This document shows positions 50,110 through 62,498 of a stretch of 64,000 nucleotides of DNA, piece after piece. The position numbers were made by a program, and so were the translations under genes. The notes under the pieces were generated by a model. It was not told the origin of the DNA. It made no database searches and worked only from the letters and a program-made list of their open reading frames with translations. The stretch spans positions 62,001-126,000 of the forward strand of contig MU053652.1 in NCBI GenBank assembly GCA_013239625.1, written 5' to 3'. This DNA comes from Lama guanicoe. Its lineage: Eukaryota. How positions within the stretch are numbered: the stretch's first letter is position 1; every line of letters starts with the position of its first letter.

Positions 50110-50460
50110 GCTGGGTGATGCTGCAGTAACAACATGACTATCTCTGGGGCTTAACAATAAATGTTTTCTTCTCACTCACACAAAATCCAGTTCAAATCTA
50201 GAAAACTCTCTGGGCAGCAGTCTTCCATATGGTGACTCAGTGGCACCAGATACTCTTGTGACTCTCCCCATATAGGTTTCCAACATCCCATGGCCAGAGA
50301 AGAGAGGGCTGAAGGTTCTCACCCCAGCAAACAAACATTCAGCCTTGATGTGACACCCCACTCACAGCCCATTGGCCGATTCTGATCATGTGGTCTGCCT
50401 AACTGCCAGGGAAGCAGGGACGGGAAACCCACTCACGTGCCCCAAAGGAGAGGAGAACTG
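50110..50460 (-). mobile_element. MaLR LTR (MLT1K/L-like)
   Basis: atgctgcagtaacaac...ggcttaacaataaatgttttcttctcactcac...cccattggccga...aactgccagggaag. Confidence 0.65.
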
Positions 50461-51779
50461 GGTGTGGGTGCACGTCCCTGCCATACGTACTAACACGTGA
50501 TGCACCCAATATATGCTCTTGAAGTTGGAAAGTTCTAAAGAGCATTGCCCGGTCTTGCTGATGAGGGTCTGAAGAGAACTCCAAGGACTTTAATAAAATG
50601 AACAAGAGTTGGGAATCAGAACCACTCCCATAATGACTCTTGTCTTGGTGGACTTTCAAAGAGCTGCCTTTCAGTTATTAGCTCACCTAGCTTAACAGTT
50701 GTCCACCTTGACCATTATCTTCCCTGTGACTCCAAATTCCCTGAGCTCAGTGCCTTGCATGGAAAATAGAATCAGAGAAACAGTAAAGATAAGATGAAAC
50801 TGGATGTAGCTTGACTGGGAGGGGCACTGGGAATAGCATACTCAAGGAAATCAGATGTCCCAGCCTGCTCCGGATTCTCCTGGTGTCAAACAATGGACAC
50901 TGTTAGTTGTTCTGTGAATGGATATAATGTAATGTGGCAGATTTCCCCCAAATTGCTTAGTATTTGGAGCAAAGAAGCTGTTCAGGAAAAGTCATTCCTA
51001 AGGGCTTTATACAAGCAGGAGAATTTCTCTAACCAATATCTTGAGGCACACCCTTCAAAAATGTTATTTCTAGTTGATACTTACCAGTATCACATTTTAC
51101 CAAAATCTTTGAGTTTCCATGGCAAGCTTTTTTTTTAGATTGTTAATAAAAATATAAAGTAATATCAGTTCTCTCTGAGATGTGGGAGATTTCACTGTTT
51201 ACATTTCCCTTAATGTCCCAGGGAAATGTTGCTCAGATATGACTTGTGAATGAACAAGGTGGAGGAGGTAAGGGGGACCCCTCTTCTCCACTCTCTTCTC
51301 ACATGTTCACCTCTTCTTTTTGCTCCTCTTTCTAGCTCCTCCCCCTTAAGGATCAAATGATCAGAGTATAGCACATTCACAGAGATATCTGCATATTGAG
51401 ATATCTGCATCTTCAACCAGCATCCTGTGCTCCACTATCTCTCCTCCTGATGCTTGGAGGCTTAACCTAACCATCAATAAAGCGAAAAACTGTTAGAAAA
51501 GGGGGCTCACCTGACCCTTCTCCTGCTGTAAACAGAGAGCTAGCCTAGCCACAGCCCCTCCAGAACAGGAAGTAGACAGGAAACTCCTGAAACAATCTCT
51601 AAAAGGCAGCTAGTCTATATTTAAGGAAAGTTAATCTGCTGGATGTGCCACAAGTATCTAATATAGTGTCTGCCACTTAATAGATGCTCACTAAACATTT
51701 TTTAAAAAACAAATAGCTGAACAGGTTAATTGGATTTGCATCTGATAATTTTGTTTTTCTCCCTCATAATGAAAACAGT

Positions 51780-51960
51780 CCTGCTTTAAACCCCAGCAGC
51801 ACTTTGTGGCTTTGGGAAAATTACTTCATCTCTTCAAGATTAGTTTTCTCTTCTATAAAGTGGAGGTGATGGTGATGGCGGTTAATAGCCCACAGTTGTG
51901 TTGGGAAGACCAAATGGGATAAAGTACACAAAACTCCTAGTAAGTAATCATCATCATAAT
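51780..51960 (+). mobile_element. MIR SINE
   Basis: tgtggctttgggaaaattacttcatctcttcaagattagttttctcttctataaagtgg. Confidence 0.75.
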
Positions 51961-52249
51961 GCTATGATAATAATGATAATAACCCTTAAGTGAGCTCTCC
52001 ACCCCCTTTCCACGATGAGTGGATTTGACTGGAGCACATTTTGGTCACTCCTGTCAAAGATCCTAGTAATGGCAGAGCACTAGGGCCATATTAGTGACTG
52101 AGTGTCCCCAGGCCCTTTGTTACTAGAATTTCATTTCCACCATCAGTCGTCTGCTAAATCAAGTCAGCTTCTATTTCCTAGCTGGTGTGTTTTCCAGTTT
52201 TTATTGGCCGAAAGGAACCCAGGAACAGAACTAGTCTTGGTTTTGTTTG

Positions 52250-52840
52250 TTTAATTTTTAATTATTATTCTTAGGTAGGTGATTCATTGGGTCAAATATC
52301 CAAGTGAATAAAAAGTTATACATTGAACAGGCTCATTCTCACTCCTGTCCTCACCCACCCTGTTCCTCAGCTCTAGCGTTCTCTGGTAATCATTTTTGTT
52401 ATTTTCCTATATATTTATTTTTTTCCTTTCCATATACGCAAGGCAGCATACTTTAAAGTGCTCTGAACCTTGCTTTTATCACCTAATGATACATCCTAGG
52501 GTTTTTCCATATTAGAACGTACAAAGTTTCTGAATTATTATTATTATTGTTACTATTTCTAATAGCTACATGGGATCCCACTGTGAAGGTACTATGGTTT
52601 ATTTAACTCATACCCTACCATAAACATTTATGCTGTTTCCAGTCTTTTGCTCTTACAAACAATACTGCAACAAATAATTTCATACAGAAATAATTCACAT
52701 GTGTGCAGATAATCAGAATAAATCCTTAAAAGTGGTTTGCTGGCCCAAAGGGTCAATATACTTATCATTTTGATAGAAATTGACAAGTCTATCTTTATTT
52801 GAATTCTACCATTTTCTACTCCCAGCAGCGGTGTCTATGA
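52250..52840 (-). mobile_element. Old L1 (L1ME-like)
   Basis: aacatttatgctgtttccagtcttttgctcttacaaacaatactgcaac...ctactcccagcagcggtgt. Confidence 0.75.
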
Positions 52841-53429
52841 ATGTGATAAGCACGTTTAAAGCCATTTAACAAAGAATAAATGAGGATAAATAATGAAAGT
52901 AAGCAGGAGCTTGGATGAAGAGCATTGGCACGTTGTAGACTAAAACTGCATGATTTATTAGAAATGGGAAAGTTGTGTGTTGATTGCACAGAAGGTGAGA
53001 AGATGAAATTTACAGCCCCAGCAGCCCTTATACCACCTTCTGTAACAACAGCAGCAGCTCGTGTGTGTAGCACGTCACACCCTACGAAGCCCTCTGTGTA
53101 TATTAGCTCAGTTTGGCCTTCACAGCATCCCAGTGAGGTATGTGAGGCAAACAGAAGTACTATTCCTATTTACAGAAAGGTCAAGGAGTTGTCTTAAGGG
53201 AAACAGCTGGATCCTGGCAGCTCTGCAACATAAGCCCCAATCTTCTAACCTCAGCTCCTGTACGCTTTCTTGGAAGAGAATCTGAGTAAAAGCCAAACAC
53301 TCCTCCCACCACTAGTTCACTGCCTCCCACCCCACCCCCAGCTGCCACCCCTGTACACCTCTCATCCAACTGCTCACTCAAAATCTCCCACTCTTCGTAT
53401 CCTTTTCCCCTTGACCCCGACATATGGGT

Positions 53430-53915
53430 GGTGAAGCAACCCTCTGATGTCCAGGTGCATCCCCTCAGCCTACCTCCAATTTCAGCTGCAGCTGTGGAGG
53501 ACCGTTCCGGTGCGCACACACTGCCTCCACCGATCCCATTTCAAGCACCGCCATGCCTCTTTACTTTTCTGCTTTAGGGCATTTTTCGAAGCCACAGGAT
53601 CTCACTTTGCCGGGATCTGCAGGTGGGGAGGTGTCAAAGCTCTTGTGATGGATCCTCAACCAATGGGGGCAGGAGTTGGCAGGTCAGTGCCCCAGCTGCT
53701 ATCCTTTGGAGGGATATCTGAGGGGCATTCCACCTGGTTTCTTGGAGGCTCCCCAGCAGGACTGAGCCCCAGTTGGCCACATCTGTAATCAGCCTTTCTC
53801 CTTTTTCATCTCACTCTACCCTCTTACTCCTGCTTCTTGGGATCCCCTCCCAAAAGACCACCCACAACGGAGTGCTGGTCCAGGCTCTGCTTCCAGGGCA
53901 GTTCCAACCAAGGCA
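53430..53915 (+). mobile_element. ERVL LTR16-family LTR
   Basis: gaggctccccagcaggactgagccccagttggccac...tgcttcttgggatcccctcccaaaag...ggctctgcttccaggg...ccaaggca. Confidence 0.8.
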
Positions 53916-54009
53916 GGTGGGCTCATGTTTCAACACACATCACTAGGCATAGGTTAATAATCTGGGAGAGTTGGAGAGAGACCTGTAGAAGCTGTGGACA
54001 GGGAGAAAG

Positions 54010-54165
54010 CATGACCGGGAGTCAGGTAAGTTAAGCTATTCTTAGTTTTGCCTCTAAATTGTCTTGTGATCTTGGGCAAATCACTTCCCCTCTCTGAGCC
54101 TCAGTTTCCTAATATGTAGAATAGCGATAATAAATATTCCCTGCTGCCTCGTAGGGTTGTTGCGG
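54010..54165 (+). mobile_element. MIR SINE
   Basis: tgtgatcttgggcaaatcacttcccctctctgagcctcagtttcctaatatgtagaatag. Confidence 0.85.
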
Positions 54166-56329
54166 GGTGGGGGCGGAGGCCCTGTCCCAATTAACCTCTG
54201 TGAAGTTTCAGTGTCTTCTCTTTGCACCACCAACTCTTCTATACACTCCGCGGAGAATAGCTGACTCCTTCAAAACTCTCTCCTGGACCTGGAGTTGGAG
54301 GGAGGAATTCTTAGGAGGAGGAGGAGCAAAAATGTTAAAATTCTTTTTTTCCTAAGTGGAGGGGCTTCTCTTTGGGATTGTCATGCTGTCTTAAAACTGT
54401 TCTCACCTTGGATTCAATCCAGGGCAAGCAGCCAGCTGATGGACTGTTAGAACTGTGGGCATCTGGGGTACACGCAGGCTTTATTTCACCACCAAATTTC
54501 CAGGAGTTTCTTCAAAATCTGAGTCTGCCCTTGGAGTGTCGAATATGTGAACATCATTGTGTGTGTTGCAGCAGGGAAAGGAAAAGCTGAGAACCCCCGT
54601 CTTTACGTGGCTCGTTTCCTATTTGGCTTGCTCGTGTAACCAGTGGTTGTATGAGTGTGTCAGGGTACAGCAGAGGCTGCCCCAGCAGGAAAACTAATGT
54701 GCAGCAGACTTCAGTTGGAGTTTGTTCCTCTCTTGAGCACTAGGTCCCAGGTGCAATGTCCTGGCGTGGAGCAGAGCAGGGGGCAGCTTTGTTCCATGCA
54801 CTTCACCCTCCTTCTTGCCCCACTACCCTATAACGTGCATTGGGTCTGGATGACCAAAGCTGAGTCATCGCCTCACCCACCCAGCTTGCAGAAATTTAGG
54901 AAAAGAAATGTTTTAAAGCAACTGTTGCAAATATGAGGGGAGGACAAATTGCAGTCTGCCATGCTCACCCCAGCCAATTATTCCCTACTCCTTGGTAATT
55001 CTGAGAAAGGCCAACACTACTGGTTCAGGAACAGCGGGAACCCAGAGTACTAGGGGTAAATCTATTATAAATGCAGAGGGGAGCATTCGCAGTGACCAGC
55101 TGTTCTCAGTGTGCCAGTGAGAACAGAATATAAAGCGCAGACTTAAAATTCAGGCAGAGACACACGGATGTGAGAAGGGGCTGTCGTATTGGAGGGGTTA
55201 AAACATGCAAGCTGGGATGTTGAAAAAGGCTGTAGCATCATCCTTCCTGCAGGCTCTTTCAGAGCGCCATTGTTAGTGATCATTTCCGCCTGGAAACCAG
55301 AATCTGAGCAAGGTGACCCCTTGAACTTCCTTCAGATTTGTGATTTGTATTATTCTGGTCCCTAACAGGCTTGTCATCTCCCCATATGCCGCCCCCTGCA
55401 AAAAAGTCAACTTAAAAAATATTCTGTTTAAAAAAGAAATGCTACCAGAGGGGGGAAAAATCAACTCCTAGATAATTCTGCTTCCATGTTAAGAGATTTT
55501 CTTCCTTTTATTTTTCTGATTTAGACCATTTGCATGGAGACTGAGCCACTGTCTCTCTGCTTGTGCTGTTTCTCTGTGTTCGTATTCTTGTCTGCTCCAC
55601 GACGTGACAGTCAGTCACTGCAGAGATGACTGCATGTGACAAGAATAGAGAATTTCATCATTTCAGGTGTAGGATGACTTGCTGTGTCCTTGGCCGATGG
55701 TTTCTGTGATAGCTTTGGCTCTTCAGCTGCTCCTGTGAGAGCAAGAAAGATCTGTTGAAAAGAACTCTTCTGATTAACATTTTAAAAACTTAATTAATTA
55801 CTTTCTTATTCTCAACTCTCATATCTGGCACCCATCTAAAGTCACTTTCCCTTTACAGCGGTGGCAGTCCCAAATGTCAACAGAAGCATATCTCTGTTTG
55901 TAGTCTTGCAGAAAATAAGATGATGACATGCATTCACAAGCAACACATCACAGATTCCCCAGGGCGGTGAGTTGGCTGCCACCTGGCAGAGGCCTAGAAG
56001 GTAACTTATTTCGAGACTCTGGGTAGATCTCTGTCTCTCCCAAAACATACTTCTCAATCAGCTGACATTTCATAATGAAAAATTCCTTCGTTGGTCACTT
56101 CTAAAAGGCAGAAGCTCCCTTGGAGCCTCCATTCCCACCCAATTACCTGGAACGGACACAGGGAGTGAGGACTCTGGGGGTGGGATTGGAGGGAAATGCA
56201 TGAAGCACAGGAAGAAGAAAGAGGAGGCTGCGCGGATACGGGAACACACATCCCTTTCTTAGAGTTTTCCTTGAAGGCAAGGAGAATGCATGGCAGAAGC
56301 TGATGGTGGCCCACCCATCTCTCTTTCGC

Positions 56330-57067
56330 CCACCTGAAGTCACCTGCAGCTCAGGGCAAAGTTTCTATACGGGGTGATGGCTAACTCCCTTAAGCACCTG
56401 TTAGTCTTGAAGACTTTCTCTGGCCTTGTGCTAGGAGCACAGTCAGTTTACTTGTGGAGGGCCAGAAGTGCAAGGAGTTAGTCCCAGGAGCAACCTTCAA
56501 GCCAATAATATGAAACTGGATAGATCAAAATAACTTCCTTATGCCTCGGTGCGGGACAGCTGCGAAGGCTGACTCGACTATTTCACGGTTCATTGTCAAA
56601 CTTCTTTGGGATGTTTGATAAACGCATGTTCATTCTCAGCTTTATTTCCAGAAGCTTAACTGTTTGGGCCATGAAGTCTAACTCCAGGTTGAACTTTTCT
56701 TGTTTCATCTCAGACTAAGTTTAAAGGGTATTTGTAAAGTCTGAGTGAAATTCTGTTTACTCATTTTCAGCTAAGTATGAAGAAAAGTGACTGCATGCTT
56801 AAAAACCAGAATTGTTCATTTTGTGCCTAATGATCAATTCCAAGAAAAATAACATCCCGAGTGTTCCTCAGGTCTCTGCGAGGACCCCCGTGGAACCGAG
56901 CCCTGGTGGCCCACAGTGACACCCACTCATTCACACACACTTGGCTGGCTTTCCTCTTCCATCTCACTTTCCCACTCTCCATGCTTCCTGGGATCGCTTC
57001 CCAAAGAAACTACTTGTACCCAGTTCCTTACTCAGGGTTTACTTTTGAGAGAATACAAACCAAGACA
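56330..57067 (+). mobile_element. ERVL LTR16-family LTR split by a 291-bp insert (56570-56860)
   Basis: ggccagaagtgcaaggagtt...gggacagctgcgaaggc | insert | gtgttcc...gcttcctgggatcgcttcccaaagaaactacttgtacc...aaaccaagaca. Confidence 0.8.
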
Positions 57068-58680
57068 GCACGTCTTCTCAAAACAGGAACTGCTCATTCA
57101 TAACCCATCATGGGACCCACCGCCTTACATCAGTTTCTCACAAGTCCCCACTGGGAAACATCTGCTTCGGTCACACCCCTTCCCTTTCCCATCAGTGTTC
57201 TCTGATGCCCACTTCGTCCCATCTCCACATCTTTCATCACCATCTTCCCCTCCTTGGAAGTGTCCCAGACTTTCTCCTTGCCTGTGTCCCTCAAGACCCG
57301 GGAGATCAATCCTTGATATTTCTGGCAAAGAGATCTGCTGACATTGTAAACTTTTTGACGACTTCATGTCATACACTTTTCCCCATGACTCTCTGTTTCA
57401 TTGCTTCATTAGATACAATTCCATGCCAATGATCCTATCAGAAGATGCAAAAAAGAAATCCACCCTTGAGTTAACCTGATGACTAATGACACCTCTATAT
57501 ACCTCAAATGCCCAATGCTGGTAGCAAAAACACTCCCACAGACATGGCCTGATTAAAAGTGGGGATAGATGTGCAGGGTTCTCTTGGCAGAAGCTGTAGT
57601 GAGTTCTTATTTTCTGTCTTAATGAAAACTGGTAAATTTTACACTCTCGTAGAACAAATAGAATTGTGACTTATGCTTCACAATTTAAGTAATTGATTTC
57701 TTGGATTTTTGACAGTTCTATCATGCTTTCAACAAATGTTTCTTTCCTTCCTAGGAAGTTAGTCATATGCTATTGGGAGAGGGTGTTTCAGGGAGCCCTG
57801 ATTATTTTCCTTTCTTTCAATTGCAAGGCAATTACTGCCTAAATCATTTATTTGGCACTTAGCAGAAGTCATCTTGCATTTTTAATTCCTTTTTCTACCC
57901 ACAAAAGCCCAGCTTCCCCAGGCAGGCATGTTGCCTTGTACTTCTCCCAGGAGCTGATAATTGCCGGTCATCTAAAAATAGAACAATAATTTTTTTCTTG
58001 TTATTGATGAAAATGTTGACACTCTTCTACAATATATTACGAAATTCCCTGCCTTTCTTAAGAGAAGTGTTGGCAGAATTGGATCTCAGCAATTGCACCA
58101 TGCGCTGTTAGGTTTCTACACTGAGTTTAGATTTCTGTCTTCCTCTTCCTTAACCAACTCGTCTACTCCCATGGTGCCCATCTCAAATGCCTCCTCTTTC
58201 CACATGACAAGTGCTTTCCCAGTTCCTGGATTATACTCTGCTGCAGGCTAGGAATCCAGTATCCCAGCTGGGACTCTGCTTGGAATGAAGAAGGCACCAG
58301 ATGTCTGTCCTTTGTTCTGCAGCTCTGTGATGGACATATCCAGTGCTCAGAGACCGTCCCCCCCACATCTCCAGGCGGGAGCTGTTGGTTGCAGAAGGCT
58401 TCCCTCCCTGTGTACACAGGGTCTTGGGTGGGCCTGGGCAATGCCTGGGCAACATTAAATGATGCAGAGAAAGGAACCATTGACATCCTAAAAGCCAGCA
58501 TGAGAACCCCTATGCATGACTGTGACTCATGCAACATCTCTCCTAGCTTTGGTTTTCCATGATTGCAAACTGGAAGAAAAATAAGACAACTCACTTCCTC
58601 AGAATCCAGAAAACCTATTGATCAACAGCAGCTTTGCCCACGAAGAACAACCTTCCCCAGCTCTGCCTTCTGTTAACTTT

Positions 58681-59256
58681 TTTTTTTGAAGTATAGCTGA
58701 TTTACAATGTTGTGTTAGTTTCTGGTATACAGCATAGTAATTCAGTTATATGTATGTATATATTCTTTTTCATTATAGGTTATTACAAATTATTGAATAC
58801 AGTTCCCTATGCTATACAGTAGGATCTTGTTGTTTATCTATTCTGTATACAGTAGTGTGTATCTGCTAATCCCAAAGTCCCAATTTATTCCTGTCCTCCC
58901 CTTTCCCCTTTGGTAACCATAAGTTTGTTTTCTATGTCTTTAAGTCTGTTTCTGTTTTGTAAATAAGTTCATTTGTGTCATTTTTTTAGATTCCACATGT
59001 AAGTGATATATTTGTCTTTATTTGAGAAGCTTCACTTAGTATGATAATCTCTAAGCCCATCCACTTGCTGCAAATGGCATTCATTCTTTTTATGGCTGAG
59101 TAATATTCCATTGTATGTATATATACCACAACTTCTTCATCCAATCATCTGTCAATGGATATTTAGGTTGCTTCCATGTCTTGGCTGTTGTATATAGTGC
59201 TGCTGTGTACATTGAGGTGCACACATCTTTTCAAATTAGAGTTTTCTACAGATATA
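58681..59256 (-). mobile_element. 5'-truncated L1 3' end (cetartiodactyl-type) with short TSD
   Basis: tttttgaagtatagctgatttacaatgttgtgttagtttctggtatacagc...; ttaacttt at 58673-58680 and 59257-59264. Confidence 0.9.
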
Positions 59257-60109
59257 TTAACTTTGTTTTGGCCTATGGCTGGAAAACCTCATCTTTTATA
59301 GGCAACCTCAGGCAGCCATCCCAGATCCACAGAAACTAACTACAACCTGTGTCCTACTTGAGGTGATATGGTAGCATTAAAGTTCCCATTTCAATGGGCA
59401 AAAAAATGCAACATACAAGGCATTTTAAAAATGTTTGCTATCTCTTTTCTATAAATGAATTATATTGGTTGTACTGGCAACCTGCTGTTGCGCACAGAAG
59501 AAGAGCCTGTCTAACTGAACAACTTTTATTTTTGTTTGTTTGTAATTGAGGATCTTGGGAACTTTAAGTTAGATCATTAGTGGGCATTGGGCTTCTCGGT
59601 TTTAATGGACTTAGTCATCACACCTACCCTCCTGCAGTGTCAAAACCCTACCAGAACAGTTTGCTCTGGCAGAAGGAGAACTGACAGAACTCTGGTTCTC
59701 CTTTGATGGAAAATCCTGGGAAAGTTCCATTTTCACGGGTATTTTAGGTGTTGCACATGCACAGTCAGGACAGCCTGAGAAGTCATTGCTGGTAGTGAAT
59801 GTTGGTGCAAAGTTTCTGCAGCTGAGTGAAGTCAGCTAAAAAATGCTCCATGTTAAGAATGGTCCAACCCAGGAGAACTAAGGAAAATGTTAATGAAACC
59901 AGCAATTCCTCGAGAAAATTCACCTTTTGGTCCAAAAGGGTATGCGTGCATAACGGATGCTTTGTGAATTATGTACTTGAAGGTGTATTTGGAGGTCCCA
60001 TAACTGCAAGACTAGCCAGTGAGCAATATGGCACCCTAGGTGTACTTTGTGTGGACAAAGATGAGACCAACAAGCTCTCATTAGGGCCGGAGGCTTCACC
60101 CCGTTTATT

Positions 60110-60260
60110 TTGTCTCACAACCTGCTGCATAGGTTCTGTAGGAAGTAGTTTTAATTCCCTTTATAAACGAGTCTCAGAAGAGAAGAACAACCTGCCTAAG
60201 GTCCCCCAGCTAGTAAGGATTGGGGCCAGCATTCAAACCTAGGATTTTTCTGCTGAAACT
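60110..60260 (-). mobile_element. MIR SINE
   Basis: aacctgcctaaggtcccccagctagtaagg...cattcaaacctagg. Confidence 0.7.
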
Positions 60261-61039
60261 ACAGACACATTCTGAAGAAGATGCCTGTTTGGAGACAAAG
60301 TTTCTGTTGATATAAATTCTTCTCCAGGGTGACAATCAAAATGTTTAGCCACCAGACTGCCCCAGGGCACTGACCAATCAGAAGGGAATCAGCAGTAATT
60401 AATGTGTACAATCGTACGGGTGCATATCTGCTGAATATCTGTCCATCCTCGGCAGTCCATAAGCGAGATTCAGAACTCCCTGAGTGATTGTAGAAGAGTA
60501 CATGGATGGTCACTGACATCAAAATATTTTTTATTTCAAATACTTTTGATGACAAAAATGTAGATTGGATAAAATTGCAAAATACTTAAAGGCATAAAAA
60601 AGAAAATAAAAATTGAATGTAATTCACACACCCATATACTCCTGCCATAGGTAAGATCTTGCCTTTTTTACTGATGTTCTCATGTCATTTAAAAAATCTC
60701 TGGTGACTTTATGCTAATGGCTGCTTAAAATTTCATTTTAGGGATGTAATATAATTGATTTAACCTTCCTCTTCCTATTGTAAATTTCAAATATTTCCAA
60801 GTTTTCATTTGTATAAATAATGCTTTGATAAATATCTTTGTGCCTGAAGCTCTGTTTGCTTTTATGTCCTTCAGAAAATTCTTAGACCAATTGCTGGTAA
60901 CCGCCTAATGTTATAAATCTGAACTGTAAACTGACTATTACTTTCTCAACTCACCTCTTCAGTGAGGAAAATTTCCCTTCCACTCAGTATAGTTACCACC
61001 AATACTAATAATTATCATCATCACTATTATGGTTATTCC

Positions 61040-61560
61040 CTTTGTGGTCCCCTCACTGCCATTAGGATGAAGTTCAGTCCCCTGTATGAGGTTTACGAGG
61101 TCATGCGTGAGCTCACTTTGTCTTATCCTCTCTGTCTCATCTGTTGCTACTCCACCCTTGAACTTCATGCTCAAGCAACATTATGTGACTTACCATTTCC
61201 TGAATGTACCAGAAGGTCTCCAGGACTTTGTATGTGCAGTTTCCCCTGCCGGGACGACTTTCTTCACCACCTCTGTAACTCCCAACTAATCTCTCCAGTT
61301 TATGCTTTGATATTCTTTATTCTAAGGAGTGTCAGGGTCACTACATTGTGCCCCATCCCATGACTGGGCCACCTGGCCCACCTGATGCCGCCATTGCTTT
61401 GTAGTGTCCACCCCATCATCCATCACTCTGCAGTGTAATTAACAGTCTTCCCCACTAGTTACTAGGCTCCTTGACAACTGTGTCATGGAGCCTGTTGTGT
61501 CCTCAGTGCCTTTTGCAGATCTGGCATATGGTAAGCAGGGAATAGATATTTGTTGAAGAT
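61040..61560 (+). mobile_element. L2 3' region
   Basis: ccctcactgccattaggatgaagttcag...cttccccactag...tctggcatatggtaagc...atatttgttgaa. Confidence 0.75.
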
Positions 61561-62370
61561 ACAGGACACCATCTATATTTAAAGTATTAGTTTGCTGCTC
61601 CAATTGAATGAATCAGAGAAAGTCCCCAAGCGCTAGGTGTTTGTAGATCTTGAGAAGCTGCCTTTTTTTTTTTTGCTTAGAAAATGATACATTTCAGCAG
61701 AAATGGCAAGAAAGTCAAAGCCAAATGTGTAAGGCTCCGGTTACTGGGAAACCAGGGAGAGAGGAGGGAAAGGCATCCACCCTTCATCCCACAGTAAGTT
61801 TAGATAGCAGACCTACGTGCTGACTTCAGGTTGGAAATTCCCATTGCACAGATTAGCAGTGCAGGGATGGATGAATGATTCCTGCTTTTAAGAGCCCAGC
61901 CACAGTCTGGAGATCACAATCCCATCCTGGCCTGGGAGCCAAAACAACCAGGTCTAGAGAGGCGGCACCCTCAGACCTGCCATCCCTGCCTCCCAGATAC
62001 AAAAGGAAAATGTCTTCTCATGTTTAACCATCAGTTGTGAACCAGCCCCCTAACTCGTCCCATCGCTTGGAATCCAGTTGAGCTTCTAGATTCCAGCAGT
62101 TTCTAGAATTTTCAGAGGAGATGGTGACTCATTTCTACGTGATCTGCCCATGCTCTTTCCGCCCTCGAGCTGATGTGTCAGTACAAAGACCTTGGGGTTG
62201 GCCAGCTTCCAAGCTACTGAAAGCTATGTATAGTGCTGTGGAAGAATACAGAATTGGTCATCAAATGACTTGCATTCTGGTCCAAGTTTTGTAATTAACT
62301 TGATTGTGTATTTCTTTATGTATCTGCCCCCTCACCTGGAAATTGAGGTGTTTGGGGCCAGGTCACTTCT

Positions 62371-62498
62371 TTTCTGGTTCTTTTCCATTATATGTTATCA
62401 TAAGAAATTGAATATTGTTCCCTGTGCTTTACAGTAGGTCCTTGTTGTTCATCTATTTTATATATAGTAATGGTATATGTTAAACCCCAACCCCTAAG
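62371..62498 (-). mobile_element. 128-bp L1 3' UTR fragment truncated at both ends, flanked by a 12-bp TSD
   Basis: ttgaatattgttccctgtgctttacagtaggtccttgttg is the L1 motif; caggtcacttct (62359-62370) and caggccacttct (62499-62510). Confidence 0.85.
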
